From: the human T2T-CHM13v2.0 reference genome, Homo sapiens
Assembly: GCF_009914755.1 (NCBI RefSeq)
Contig: NC_060931.1
Strand: one strand, 5' to 3'
Length of the DNA: 64,000 nt
The position numbers were made by a program, and so were the translations under genes. Within the stretch, counting starts at the first letter, position 1, and the number at the start of each line of letters is the position of its first letter. The notes beneath the pieces are model-generated. The model was not told the DNA's origin. It was given only the letters and a program-made list of their open reading frames with translations, and ran no database searches. Below, piece by piece: positions 14,505 through 28,762 of this stretch.

Positions 14505-14597
14505 ACAATATGCAGAGTAGTTAAAAACACAATCTCTGAAAACAAATCACCCAGTGTAAAATCCTAGCTCTATTGCTTACGAATCTTTTGACTTTGA
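14505..14597 (+). mobile_element. MIR 5' fragment
   Basis: gcagagtagttaaaaacac...aaatcctagctctattgcttac...tgacttt. Confidence 0.55.
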
Positions 14598-17500
14598 TAT
14601 TGGTTAAGGAAGGGAGATTGCTTTGCAGGGATTGCCATAAGAGATAAAAAAATCACAGTTGGTTTTTTATGTATTATTTTCCTGTCACTAAAAATTTATA
14701 CAAGGTTTAGTAGCTTTGAGGCAATTTACATTTAGTCCACTCCAGGGGACTTGTTGACTCAATTCTTATTTCTATAGCTCAGTCTGAAGATTATTTTTGT
14801 TAACAACAGGCTTTGGTGATCTTGCCAATCCACCACTGTACCCAACTCCCCAGTCAAGAAATAAGCTTAACATCCTCAGTCTTGGCTTCTAGGAAAATGT
14901 AAAGTGGAGTAACCTGGGGTGAGTAGTTACAGTCCCGCCCTTGCCTCAGAGCTACATTACTTTAGATTACTCTTCCAACTGGAAATTTTTAGGGATGTTA
15001 AGTGGGGAATATGCCACAGAAGATTGAGAGGGATATAGTACACAGAAAAGTAAATAGATTGATTACTTGTAAATTGTTGAATCAATAACTGCTTCCAACA
15101 GGAAGTAAGGTTCTGAAGGTCCAGGAGTACAGCAAGGTACCATCTCTGAAACTGGGGATTCAGATACCCACATCTGAAATTTTTATTATTCAAAACAATA
15201 ATAAAAATGCATGTATTCTGACCAGAAGATATCAGAACTAAAGCTAAGCAGGCAAAAGGAGGAGATGCCCACTACCATTCCTTTGTGTTATTATTTCAAA
15301 TTTTATTCAATAAAATATTGTGAAATCCAAGCTTTAGATACTTCATTCCCATTCTTTTGGGAAGTAGGAACTGAAAAGCCACCTGCTTCTATTTACTCTG
15401 CTCGAGTTTATACTACTACCATATATCTGAAAATAATCAGTTTTTCACACCACTCCACTGACTCTCAGGAACAATATGAGAACTCATTAGGTTACAGCTG
15501 TGAATCGCATAAAGTATTTATGAGCATAGTGTCATTTAAATGTAATTTACAGTGTTATTCTCATTCAATAATTTTTTGTGTGACCTGTGTTCTGAAAATT
15601 TCCGCTTGTTCTACTTTATAGTTAATGATAAAATGTCATTCAAGCTGCAATTAAAAAAAGATTTAAAGCAAATGTTAAACTAAATAAACTATAGGACTTA
15701 TTTTCTGAAGTGACAGAGAAAAAAAGAGCAATGAAAATAACTCTAGCATGGAACAAAAAAAGATATAAATTTGTAAAAGAAATAATTTTTCAATAAAAAT
15801 TGTAAAGCAGAAATATGTGTATTTTCACACATAGCTCAGAGTTCACATAAATGTCAAGAGGAGTGACAGTTGCTGAAATAAATGTGTTTTTTTAATGAAA
15901 AGCAAAGTAGTAAAACAAGCAAAATAGATGCATAAAATGGGTAAATTTTCAGTGTATTAGTTATTGCTGCCTCAGGGCAGCTGTAAATTACTAACTTGTT
16001 TTTAAACTTTTTTTAGTATTCATGAATGTATTCTGAGTCTGTTCTTCCTTCTTCTGCTCTTGTGATTTGACCCTTTGCTTATTTATAATCTTCTTTGAAG
16101 TACATAAATTAAAGGATACCAGATATTTGGATGGAGAAGATTCATATAAAAAATAAAATGTAATTGTGGATAATATACTAACTTTAGAAGTATCATGGTT
16201 ATAAGAAAATCCTAGTAAAACATAAGATTTTACTTTGTCTCCTCTTATCCAAACACTTATTTTAACAAATATAAAACGTATTCTTTTGCTTTTCTTTTTC
16301 AAAAATGGACAATGCCACACACCATGACTATGAAAATTTTAAATGACAGTCTTAGTTCATCTGACCATACCTTCTTCATAGGTTTATAATGCTGCAGTGA
16401 AAATGTGTAATGAGATACAGAAAATAGAAAACAGCTGTAGATTAAAATGTTTTTTAGTATGGCAACGAATCTTTCAGTAGAAAAGTCATTTTTTTTGTAC
16501 AAATCTGGAGACCTAAACAGCATATTCGCTAGAGCTACAGAGAACAGAGCAAAGTACCTCTTAATGGAGTTACCCCAAAGTTTATGCACCCTAAAGTTCC
16601 TATCTGGCGTCCATTCCTGCAATTGCAATTAGGAATTAAAGCAAATATCTCAAGAACTGTAAGAAATGTTTAATTCGGATTTTAAGTAGAAAATCAATAC
16701 CTAAAAATGAACTTTAAATAACTGCCCAAAGTGCAGATTGTAAGAAAGTAGTAAGTTAAAGTTAACTCCACAGTTAATGCATTTTTCATAAGACCTATAG
16801 GAATCCCCCTTCTTAAGGATGCTGAAACTTAAAATGAACTCAAAACCAGGCAAATAACAGAACAAAAGATCAAGAACAGAACTAAGAATAATAAACATAG
16901 CCACTTTAACAATATCAAGTAAGAAGGTTTAAAGTTATAACAATATACTCAGACCACAGTGTGGTTATAAACCTATGTTACCTATAATTTGCTATGCAAT
17001 ATGCTTAAGAAAAGTGTAACATGTATATCAGTAATTTTATCTTCACTTTTGAGTTCAAAAATAATCATAGTCATGCACAGTTAATTTTTCTGCATATATT
17101 ACCTACTGCATATAGGTATCGCTATAATGGATCTATTATACTCATTACATCAATCAAAAATTGGCATAAAATATAGAAATGTATGAGTTAATATCTGATA
17201 GAAACTGTAAAAGAAAATCGATTTTTAAAATCCAGTAGCCTTACCACTTCTCCCTCTCACTCATAAATATGCATGACCAATAGCCATGTTGGAAAAGCAA
17301 CTTTTAAAATTCGATTTTAAATACGTGGAAATAGAAATTTTTACAACAATTCTCTCTCATCGCTAACAACTATATTAAATCAATGACCATTCTTCTATGT
17401 TGATTTTCCCCTACTCCACTATAAGTTCTGGAAGGAACCAAGTCTTATGTGACTCTGACTCAAAATCATTTAGCACAGTACTCTAGTTGTTACCTAGGTA

Positions 17501-17619
17501 TAAAATAAATGTTTATTGAGATGACAAATACAAAGAGCATATACATACGGTTTAGAGATCAACCTCACAATTATTTTTTCACCTAAAAGCTGCATTTTAC
17601 AATAACTATTAAAACAGTT

Positions 17620-20600
17620 CTATTGTGAAATATGACACATTCAGGAATGCAAATAAAACAAACACTTAACAAATTATTATAAAGCTAACACTATTGTAAT
17701 CAAACCCAGGCTGAAAAACAACCTGTATATCAATTATCTCCTATCCTCAAAGTGTAACTTTACTGATAGCTATTTTTTAATTTATACTTTTATCACCTGA
17801 GTGCAACTGTAAACACTAGTGTGTAGTTTTATCTCTTTATTCGCTTGATACAAATGCCATTGTACAGTATTCACTCATCTGTATCAGACTTTCTTTATTT
17901 AGTGTCAACTATTGTAAGGTTATCCATGTTATTCTGTTAAAGTAGGCCATTATTTTGTTTCTGAGTGTTCCAATTCCTGAATGTTGAATAATATTTATTT
18001 CATTTACTTATCTATTTTATTGTTGATGGGCATTCATGCTATCTCCAGTGTTTGGCTTTTACGCATTATGCTGCCATGAACGTTCTTGTGTACACCTATA
18101 TATCTATATCCAGAAACAGAACACTGGGGCATGTAGAATACATAGGTTTACTTTATTAAACACTGCTAAAGTTATACAAAGTATCTTGTGATAATTTTGA
18201 AAAAAAATATTTACTTCCACCAGCAGCCCCTTTTGCTCTATGTTCTCACCAATTCTTTACATTGTATGGAGTTTTTTGTTTCATTGATTGATTGATTAAT
18301 GATAGCTATTTTTGTAGATGACAGTTGAGGTTTTCATTTGTAATTTCCTTATTAGGAGGGTGAACACTTTTCCAAATGATTATTGGCCATTTGGATATCC
18401 TGTTTGGGGAAATACCAGTTTGAGTATTTTGTCCATGATTCTCCTGAATCATCTGACTTCTTCTTTTTGACTTCTAGGAGCTCTTTATAAATTCAGCATA
18501 TGAGCCCTTACTCTGTTCTGCATGTTACCTTTTCACTCTCTTAATGATATATTCTGATGAACAAAATTTTTGTTTTTAATACAGACCATTTTGGCAATCT
18601 TTGTTTTATGATTAGTGCTTTTTTCTGTATTGTTAAAAATTTTTTCTACCCCTGAGGTCATATTATCTTCAAAAGATTTATGCTTTGTTTGGTCTTACCT
18701 TCAGTTGTTCTTTTGAAGAGTGAAAGGTAGAAGTCATGCTTTTTAAATTATTATTGTTTCTTATATTGACGTATCATCATATACTGGGAAGACCATCTTT
18801 TCCTTCCTGCTCTGCTGAACAATCTTTATCATGAATTAAGTGTTCGTAGATGTGTAGAGTCTATTTATGGACTCTCTTCTTTGCTCCAGTAGCCTGTTTG
18901 TCTCTATCTTTGTGTCATACCATTATACACCAAAAGCTGAATATTTATAATAAATCTTCATATTTTCTATAGTAACTTCTCTTCTCATCTTATGCTTCTA
19001 TATTATTGCTTTGCCTATTCTTATTAGTTTACACTTGCATACAATATTAGATTGATTCTGCCAATTTCCACAAAAATGTTTGTTGGAATTTTAATTTTTT
19101 CATTGCACCTATAGATCAGTTTGAAAATCAGAGACATATGTAAGTATTGAATCTTTCAATCCATGAACTCGGTACATTTCTCTATTTACTTAGGTCTTCT
19201 ATAACTTTAGCAATAATGTTTTATAACATTGTAGAAATTAAAATTTTTATTAGCATTATTCCTATGTATTTGATGTTTTAAAACCATCAAAATGCTATAT
19301 TTTTGTTTTATTTTAAATTATTTGCTTATTGTATAGAGATAATTGAGTTTTGCATATTAGACCTATAAACAACTATTATAATAACTTTACATTAATTTTA
19401 ACAATTTATCTTATATTATTCTTGATTTTTCTATATATACAATAAATATAAGCAAGTTTATGTTATCTTTTAAATAATATTTTTTCTCTTCATGTAGTTG
19501 TTACAACTTCTAATAGATTCTTGCATGGAAATGGTGAGAACAGACGTATTTGTCTTGATCCAAATCTCAGAGAGAAAGGTATCAACAATTCATTATTAAG
19601 TATGATAGTTACTGTAGAGCTTATGTATACATCTTTTATCACATTTAGTTATCCTCTATTCCTTTTTTGCTGTTTCTTTTCTTTTTGCTTAGAGCTTCTG
19701 TTATGAATACATGTTAAATTTTTATCAAATGCTTTTTCTGAATTTATTTAATTCATATTTTTAAAATTTACTTGATTTTTGTAGTGATTAACATCAATTA
19801 ATTTTTAAACGTGAAATTATAATTGTTTCCTGGAATAAATAGTTGCGTATTAGTGTGGAGGGGCACAGAGTTAATCAACTTTGCTTTTGAATTTGAGCCT
19901 TTCGTTTATTTATAGTTAATGTAGTCTTAATGATTAAGGGTTTAAATCTTCTATTTTACTATGTGCTTTTTATTTATTAGTGTTTTATAATTTGTTTAAA
20001 GATTTTTATCATTTTTTCCCTTTAGTTAGTTTGGAAGTTATTCACTCTTAATATTCCTTTGTAGGTTTTTTTGTTGGAAATTACAACAAGGATTCTCAAT
20101 AAAATCTAATTATACCCGAAACTTTTGCATTATCTGGATAACCAAAGGGCTTTAAGTAATTGTATTTCCATTTACTTCCCTCAAAATATATATGCTATAT
20201 TTCTCTATATATACTGTTTCGTGATGAACTATGAAATCAAGACCATAGATGTTCATAACCAGAATTTGTTTAGATTTACCACATAGCAATCTTTATGTTG
20301 ATTTTCATTTTTTTTTCTGCCTTCCCATTTTTCATCTGGCAACATTTCCTTCTACATGAAGAACATTCTCTAGTATTTTCATTAGGGCAGCACTTCTGTT
20401 GACAGATATTGTTAGTCTGTCTTCTGAAAATTCTCATGTGTTATTTTTTAAAGGTATTTAGCTAGCTTTAAGTAGCTGGAATACTAGGTTAGTAGTTAAT
20501 TTTATTTATTACACCATCTTCCAGATTCCTTTGTGTCTAATATGAAGTCAGATGTTTGTTAATCTTTTGAAAGTAACCCATCTTTAATATGTATTTACCT

Positions 20601-21550
20601 TAAAATTCTCTCTCAATTTGATTTCCTGTAGTTTTACTATGAGGTAGAAATTTATTTAATTATATTGCTTGATATTTATTACATCTGTGAAACTATTAAT
20701 ATTTATTATGGTCTAAATATGTTCTCCAAAATTCATATGTTAAAACTTATATACCAATATTATAGTATTAACAGGTAGGATTTTTAGGAGGTAAGTAAGA
20801 AGGGCTCCACTCTGGTGAATGGGAATAATGATATTAAAGAGGTTTCACATTGCATTCACCCATTCTTCCCCTTCCATCCTCCTGCCATGTGAGGACACAG
20901 CTTTCAAAGTGCCATCTTAGTGGTCAAAAGCAGGCCTCATAAGACATAAAACATGCCAATGCCTTGATCTTTGCCAATCTAGCCCACAGAACAGTGAGAA
21001 ATCAATTTATGTTATTAATTACCCAGTCGCGGGTAATTTTATAGTAGCAAGTTTTCAGCTAGTATATAAATTTTTATTGTGACCCATTTGCCTTCATTTG
21101 TCCTTCCATGACTCTGATAAAAATACATTCTAGATCATTCTACCGTATCATCTAGATCTCTAATCCATTAATCTTCCCTTCCAGGATTATTTCATGTCTA
21201 TGTGTTTCCTTCTGTTTTTTTTTTCTGATTTATTTCTAGTTTGTCAAATATCTCTTTACATATTTTGATCTCGTGTTAAACCCATCCACTGAGTTGAGAC
21301 ATTAATCTTAGATATTGTTGTTTTTCAGTACTAAAATTTATACTTGGTTCTTTTATAAATCAGCCTTGTAAATTTGTATTGTTGCTAGTTCTCTTTTTTA
21401 ATCTCATCTTAATATCCTTGAGTATACAAGGCATATTTATTTTCATTTGTTTTCCAATAATTTCAATATCTGAAGATCTTGTGGGTATTTTTTCTATTTA
21501 ACATGGTATTTCTGCTGGTTTACCTTCAGATTGCCTTGTATCATCATGTG
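17620..21550 (-). mobile_element. Ancient L1ME-type element, fragmented; probably continues to about 23150 beyond MER11
   Basis: Antisense L1M 3'UTR and ORF2 motifs: ttgttgatgggcatt, tgctgccatgaacgttcttgt, ttattggccatttggatatcc, attgaatctttcaatccatgaac, ttatcaaatgctttttctg. Confidence 0.75.
20706..21050 (+). mobile_element. MaLR LTR (MSTC/MSTD-like)
   Basis: tatggtctaaatatgttctccaaaattcatatgtt...gccatgtgaggacacagc...gccttgatct...agaacagtgagaaat...attacccagtc. Confidence 0.8.
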
Positions 21551-21556
21551 TCTAGC

Positions 21557-22605
21557 TATCAGGGGAACCAGCCCCCAATATTTCAATGTAGGTTCTTTCT
21601 ATTTTCCATAAGTGTCGGACAGCTGAGAAATAAAGAGAAAGAGTACAAAGAGAGGAATTTTACAGCTAGGCCTCTGGGGGTGACATCACAAATCGGTAGG
21701 ACTGTGATGCCCACCTGAGCTGCAAAACCAGCAGGTTTTTATTGAGGATTTTAAAAGGGGAGGGGTGCAAGAACAGGGAGTAGGTCACAAGATCACATGC
21801 TTCAAAAGGCAAAAAGGAGAACAAAGATCACATGCTTCTGAGGCCAGTAAAGATCACAAGGCAAAGGGCAAAGCAAAGATAACAAGGCAAAATCAAAAAC
21901 TCCTGATAAGGGTCTATGGTCAGCTGTGCATGTATTGTCTTGATAAACATCTTAAACAACAGAAAACAGGGTTCAAGAGCAGAGAACTGGTCTGACCTCA
22001 AATTTACCAGACTGGGGTTTCTTCCCCACCCTAATAAGCCTGAGCGTACTGCAGGAGACCAGGGCGTATTTCAGTCCTTATCTCAACTGCATAAGACAGA
22101 CACTCCCAGAGCGGCCGTTTATAGACCTCCCCCCAGGAATGCATTCCTTTCCCAGGGTCTTAATTATTAATATTCCTTGCTAGGAAAAGAATTCAGTGAT
22201 ATCTTCCCTACTTGCACGTCTGTTTATAGGCTCTCTGCAAGAAGAAAAATATGGCTGTATTCTGCCCAACCCCACAGGCAGTCAGACCTTATGGTTGTCT
22301 TCCCTTGTTCCCTGAAAATTGCTGTTATTCTGTTTTTTCAAGGTGCACTGATTTCATATTGTTCAAAGACACATGTTTTACAATCAATTTGTACAGTTAA
22401 CACAATAGTGGTCCTGAGGTGACATACATTCTCAGCTTATGAAGATAACAGGATTAAGAGATTAAAGATTTTTATAAGAAATTATAAAAGTATTAATTTT
22501 GGGAACTGATAAATGTCCATATTAAAATGAAATCTTCACAATTTATGTTCCTCTGCCGTGGCTCCAGCCAATCCCTCCATTCAAGGTCCCTGACTTCCTG
22601 CAACA
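21557..22605 (-). mobile_element. MER11 solo LTR, MER11A-like
   Basis: Same termini as 4554-5604; 1049 bp; perfect 6-bp TSD tctagc at 21551-21556 and 22606-22611; extra gatcacatgcttc/gatcacaaggcaaa repeats at 21790-21890. Confidence 0.93.
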
Positions 22606-24389
22606 TCTAGCTATCTTTGCTTGTGGGACAGAAATTTTGTTATATTCTTCCAGATAATATTTTTCTTTTGTTTCTGCCAGATGCCTGGGGACACTAGTTA
22701 TCTAAGACCCTCTTCATACAATTTCTGAGACAGTTTTTTCCTGAACTTCAAATATAACTCTAAACTGGGCTATAAGCTGTATAAAAGCTGGTAGACTTCT
22801 AGTTCATTTGTTCAATCTTTTTTTTCCCATTTTAAAATGCCAGTGGTTTTATAGCACCACTTTAACAGGCTCTGACTATAACCTTTCCACCATGCCCTAA
22901 GGTGCTAAAAAATACTGATCGGCTTTTCAGCCATCTCTTCCAATTTAACACATGACCTCAGAACATAAGCAGCTCTGAAAATGGAAGACCTACTTTTCTA
23001 ATCTTTCCATATTTCTGACATTCTTTAGAACTTTAAAATTGAATAGTTCTGCTGTTCAATTCATAATTACATCTCCGATGCCTTCAACCTGATTTTGTCT
23101 ACTTTTGCCAGTTTTCTTAGTTAGAGGGTTGTTATAAATTCACACATCTATTACTATAGAAGGTCATACTTTAACATTTATTTCTTATTATGTAATACCT
23201 GTTGGTTCTTGAACATTCAGAAAGTGTTAAAAAGCACAAAGAAACAAAAACACTTTTTTCATAAAATCCAGAATTATCTACTGCTAGCATTTCACATACA
23301 AATTTCCTTTTTTTCCTATGTATGTGTATTTGAGTATCCATATAATCTTTTGTAACACTGGTTCATATAATAATTTATAGTCTGTTTGTTGGTTTACTCA
23401 ATATTTTACAAATATTTTTTCATGTTGCTAAGTCATCTTCTAAAATGTTTGTGAGAGTCATGAATGTTTTATTAAAAACGTATGTGATTATAAGAATTAA
23501 AGTTATAGAAAAATTATAAGGAAAAGAAAAATCAACTGAGCACTATTAACACCAGATAAGTATGACTGTAAATATTTCTCAAGAGACAGATACATATAGA
23601 AATGGACATGTAGGTTGATAGGCAGAAATAAAGTTTTTAAGAATGAGATAAGGATTTCACACATTATTTTCAGAGGAATTATTAAATTTTATTTGAATTT
23701 CAAGTCAAATGAACTCTGAAGAAGTACATTCAAAATTGACAAACTAAGTATTTCTTAACAAGAATATATACATATATACATTATACAATTATATACACAG
23801 AGAAAGATATAAATAAATTTTGATATGTTATTGAAGGATTAATTTGACACTTATGATTGCTCCTCTCCCCTTAGGTATATGCTAGATTTCCAGTTAAGTG
23901 GAAATAATTCTGGCACAGAGGTACTTAAGAAGGAAGACCAGACCATGGGTCTTCAAATAAAAACTGCAATGTCAGCAATAAATGTCAAATTGTTTCCCCA
24001 ACTTATTGCCTGGCCCTAAAAATAGCAAGCCCAGGTGAGATTCTTCAGGAATAGGTAGGCTCTCAAATATACTTTATATCTATTTTCCATGCTGGATCAA
24101 CAAAGTAAGACTTTACTGGATGTTCTGAATCACTGTCTTTCACAGAAGCACGTCTGAGCTCTGAGCATGGAGTTCAGCACCTTCCAATGCTGCATAGAAT
24201 CACGATGAAATGTTTTGTCTCTCCTTGGCCTTTACTTGTCAGGGCTTATGTCATAAAGTATTCATTTTCTGTTTTCTTGTTGCTAATGAATTTTTCCTCT
24301 GGATTTTACTGCTATTTGTTTATTTTCCTAGTTATGAGATAATGCTGATCCAAGTCACAGTCCCCAAAGCCTGCTTTTGTTGGTCCTCT

Positions 24390-24905
24390 TCTAGTTGGTG
24401 TCCCTGCCTTACTCTAATAATACATCTGTTCTGTCTTCCTTAGAACGGTCAAAATGAGCATCGCAAAACATTAATCAGATCATCTCTCTTCTACTTAAAC
24501 TCCTCCATTGGCTCCCCTGGACTTGGCCCTGCTGCTTCCTTCACACTTTTCACTCCTGTATTTCCCTCATTCCTACTGTTTCTCTCCAGTATCTCCCTCA
24601 CTCCTACTAAAACACAGTGGCCTCTGCCTGTCTTTCAAACAGCACAAGCCTGAAGCCATCTCAGGGGCTTTGCATTTTTCCTTCCTGTTACATAATTCTT
24701 TTCTTTGTAATTTTACTAGGACATTTTTCTTCTCATTATTCATATTTTAACTTTAAGTTGGCACTGCAAAGCAGTCTTCCTTACCCACCTCACTAAAGTA
24801 GTAGTTCTGGACATATTGTGCTATTTTTCCATTTTATCTTTTCCATAACACTTCTCAATTCAGGAAAATATTTGTTTATTTCCTTACTTATTTACTCACT
24901 TCTTT
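24390..24905 (+). mobile_element. L2a 3' fragment
   Basis: aatcagatcatctc...cttaaactcctccattggctccc...ctcaggggctttgca. Confidence 0.65.
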
Positions 24906-24929
24906 TATGTGAGTCCAGAACAAAGGAGG

Positions 24930-25250
24930 AAGAGTCTGAAATTTTACCTTACTTGAAACTTAACAGGTGAGCCTGCCATATCTTTCTCATTGCTCTAAGG
25001 GGATGAGATACTCCTGGGCCAAAGACAGTGTACATTATTATTCACAGCAATAGTGTCTGTGTCAGTTTCTGGAGCCCCAATTCCCACACAATGAGTCAAA
25101 GAGGATCAGGAAACACCTGAACACAAGTGACTTATATTACAGGAGAGAAATTCTGAGCTTAGGGAAGTCAAAACTTATAGACTAGACTTTAAGAAAACCT
25201 CCTCTTTGCTCCAGAGAAATACTCTAAATACACACTACATATTCTAAGGA
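24930..25250 (-). mobile_element. ERVL LTR (LTR40-like), partial
   Basis: gtctgaaattttaccttacttg...tgagcctgcca and cctctttgctccagag match the reverse complement of the recalled LTR40 consensus. Confidence 0.6.
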
Positions 25251-25256
25251 TGTATG

Positions 25257-25815
25257 TGTTGGGGCTCAGAAACAGATGTCTTAAACTATGGTGCTTTGTA
25301 CGTGCTAAGTTGAAAAAGGAGCCTCAGATTTCTCTGACCTACCTCTTACCCTGTGCTGTCTCTCCCCAGGATTTTCTGAAGTTCCTTGTCTGCCTGAAGT
25401 CCAGACCTGCCAAAGAAGAAAACTACCTTCAGTGCTTCCCCTGAGTTTTTCTTAACTGAACCTATATTGTAGGAAGGAAGACTAAAATCTGTCAACAAAC
25501 CAGGACAGAACTTTTGTCACAAATCATTTTCCATTCTGTGGGCCCAAGAGGCTTTGCCCTAGACCATTATATGTTCTTCAAGACCACTGAATTCTCCCTA
25601 GTAATTATTTCTTGTCCCTCGACAGAATTCCTCTTCTCCCTCCTTCCTACAAACTGTTTTGCCAGGATTCAAGCCTCCCCTTTTTCTGTAATCTTAAGAT
25701 GGTATATAAGCTCCTGCCCTTCATTGGGAAGTTGGATCTTCATTCTGAAGGCTTTCATATACACAAGTTAAATAAAATTATATGTCTTTTCTCCAATTAA
25801 TATGCCTCTTGCAAG
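25257..25815 (+). mobile_element. ERV1 LTR, MER34/MER39 group
   Basis: Starts tgttggggctcagaaa; TATA-like ggtatataagc at about 25701; AATAAA at about 25771. Confidence 0.75.
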
Positions 25816-25870
25816 TTCCCATTAGCCCTTACATGTATTTTACATAATGTCATCTTATATTCTACCATCA

Positions 25871-26915
25871 TGTGTGTGTTAGTAATTAATGTATTGCCTT
25901 TCACCTCCAAATTTACCTTTCAATATATGTTCTGTAATAATAGATGGAATTCCTTCGAGTATTTCCCTTTTAAAGAGAGTACGATGTTAAGCTGTGTCAG
26001 CTGAGAGTGCTCGGCTGGCAGGAAGTTCCCAGAGGAAGGAGCTCCCCTTGGTTTTCCAGCTGCAGCACAGAGTGGGGTGTCAGCAACCATGGGTGTGAGG
26101 ACATCTGGTAGAGCTCTGATTTAGCTGGGGGCCCAGAATGTAAGAAACTTCAGCAACTTTACAACCTTAGCCTGGAGATAAACTTTCCATAACTCTCTTG
26201 ACCAAGAAAACTGTTGCCCTGAAGGCCTTTCATCCAAATCAGCATTCCCCTTTTGCCATCCTCTCTGAAGGTCTCTGGGCAGACTGCCGGCAGCCTGGAG
26301 GGATCCCACAGAGTGGCTATTCTCACTGCAGTCCATTATGCAGCCTGCCTATGCCTACGGAATTCTCACTAAGCCTCTGTTGAGCACAGTACAGCTGCCT
26401 GCAACCCAGTGTTCCCACCTCTCTGGACACTTCTGCCCCTAACTGCTGATTGCCTGCTCCCAGCCTGCATTCTGGAGAGTTGCCTCCTGCTTGCCAAGTG
26501 CAGCAAACCAAACCAGCTCCGGCCTAACCAAACCTATGAACTTCTCTGCTATACAATGAGCTGAACTATTAGGTTGGTGCAAAAATAATTGTCATTTTTG
26601 CCATTAAAAGCAATGGCAAAAAAACCCACAATTATTTTGCACCTTCCTAATACTAAATGACAAGTTACTCAAGAAGGTCGAAAATCCTTCAAAATTTGTT
26701 TTTCTTTCAGTACTTTCCCTCTGATCAATCGATCTATCTATCTGTCATCTGTCATCTATCTATCTCTATTTCTATCAATCATGTATCCATCTATATAATG
26801 TAGTTACTTTTTATCAGACTTTAATTATTTTTATATTAAATTTGCCCATTTAACCTACAGTATGATTTTCCCCTTGTTTAACCTACTGTATAATTTTTAT
26901 GTCCTAATTGGATCT
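25871..26915 (+). mobile_element. ERVL LTR (LTR41/LTR52-like) interrupted by MADE1
   Basis: taattaatgtattgcctttcacctccaaatttaccttt...gatgttaagctgtgtcag at the start; ttatattaaattt...tcctaattgga at the end. Confidence 0.6.
26569..26650. mobile_element. MADE1 (Hsmar1-derived mariner MITE)
   Basis: TIRs ttaggttggtgcaaaaataattg / caattattttgcaccttcctaa; 82 bp; TA flanks at 26567-26568 and 26651-26652. Confidence 0.92.
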
Positions 26916-26924
26916 ACAAAGGTT

Positions 26925-27210
26925 CAATGCATTTAATCAATTCATGTTGTAAATATATATGTTGTTTGTAATCTTTCATCACTATTAAGAATACGAAAAA
27001 GAACATCTCTGATCATGAATATTTCCATGTGTCTGTGATTATTTCCTCAGAGAAAATACCTAAAAGAGAAAATGCTGCTTCAAAAGTTATGTACATTTTT
27101 GGCTTTTTATATAGTTTGCAGAAATACCCTCCAGAAAGGATGTGATAAAACATACTTTTTGTAGTGAAGTATGGAATGACAAATTCCCATCACATTATAA
27201 TAAGCATGGT
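26925..27210 (-). mobile_element. L1ME4-like 3' fragment
   Basis: gattatttcctcagagaaaatacctaaaagagaaaatgctgcttcaaaagttatg...ccctccagaaagg. Confidence 0.6.
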
Positions 27211-28735
27211 ATATTTTTAAAAAAAGGAAAAGAAAAAAATGCACTAAGATTACCCAACAGCATTTCCCTAGCCTACAAAAAATTTACCAAAGGTGAGGAA
27301 AACCCATATTACAGCACATGTTGGACTCTTAGAGGTTATTACTTAGAGAAATAAAAGTAGTATTAGATGAAAAATGATTTCTAAGTCCCTCTTGACTTGT
27401 AAACACTCCACACCCCAGAACCCTCTCCACTTTTGCTTCCACCAGAACCTCTTCACACCTCATTTCTTTATTCATCGAAAACCTCAAAGGAACTCAGAAG
27501 GCTTACAGCTGAGCCAAACTATGAGTTTTAAAAGCTTATCAGTCAACTTCATCACTACTTACTGTGTTCTTGGGGGGAAAAAGTATTCTGAATTTCGAAC
27601 ATATTGCAGAAAGCTAAAACTAAAAAGAATATTTGTTCTAATGAAGCATTAGACTTTTTTATTTCCATGAAGAGGAACGTGCTTAAATTCTGAGAATGAG
27701 GTACATTTGGTTTGCCACAGGAACTGAAAATCTGAAATTCTAGGATTCTTAATCTGGAAGACATGGGTTTTGGCAGGTACCAGGTTTAAATCAACAGATG
27801 TGTCTTTAAAGTCATAGTAATAGCAAACTGAATTGCATTTGTAGAGACAATGAATCAAATTATTACAAGCTGGTAGTAAAATATAAAATGAAACTAACTA
27901 GAAAAAGGCAATGAGTCAAGATGACTATAGACTTGGAAATCAATCAATTTACAAACATCCCAATAAACCCTAGAGATAATTAAAGCTTCTTCTCAATCAT
28001 TAACTAGTAAGGCCAGAGCCACCTTTATTAAACAGGGAATTGAAAAGAGGCAAATGTCTATGTTCCAGGACACTTCACAGTTCCTACATATTTGCTACTT
28101 ATTCAAACACTTGTATTCTGGACCTTAACTTTCCTTCCACACTCAGCATCATCTCTCAATTTTGGCAAACTCTATTTATTCCAATATATTGATTGCTTTG
28201 CATAGGTAAATGGCGCCCATAAGTCATGCCACAATTACATGTCAATTAGGCTTAAACCCGCTCAGTGACTCCTTGGCTGCAAATGTTTACAGACATGATA
28301 CTAAATGATCACTTATATGAACATTAAAAAATAATAAATCTTCAGGCTGGTTGATTTGGCCATTTGTACAGCTGTTGACTTCATTTTTTGAAATCAGATA
28401 ATAGTTTTCCCACATTCTTGCCAATTAAAGTATAAAGATTACTGGCTTAATGATTTTAAAAGATTTCTGGTGTCTTCAAGAGTAAGATCCTCCTAAAGTG
28501 CATGGGGTCATTATGCCTCCATTGTGTTACTTCAAAATTGCACAAATGAGATGGAAAATTTGGTAACCTAATTCCATTCTCATTAGTCTCATGAATCTAC
28601 TATAAACTCCTGGTCAAAGCCTTGGCACTGACCTATTAATAGATGTTTGAAACACCAAGGAAACAGAATATTCTTTTGAACTTGAACTCCTTGTTGACAG
28701 GAAATGGAAAGAGTAGTGGGTGTTTTGTTTGAGGG

Positions 28736-28762
28736 GTGTGTGTGTGTGTGTGTGTGTGTGTG
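28736..28762. repeat. (GT)13 microsatellite
   Basis: Uninterrupted GT run. Confidence 0.97.

Noticed and set aside
15991-16628. Two adjacent 109-aa minus-strand ORFs suggesting a processed pseudogene
   Set aside because: No recognisable homology, poly(A) tail or TSD.
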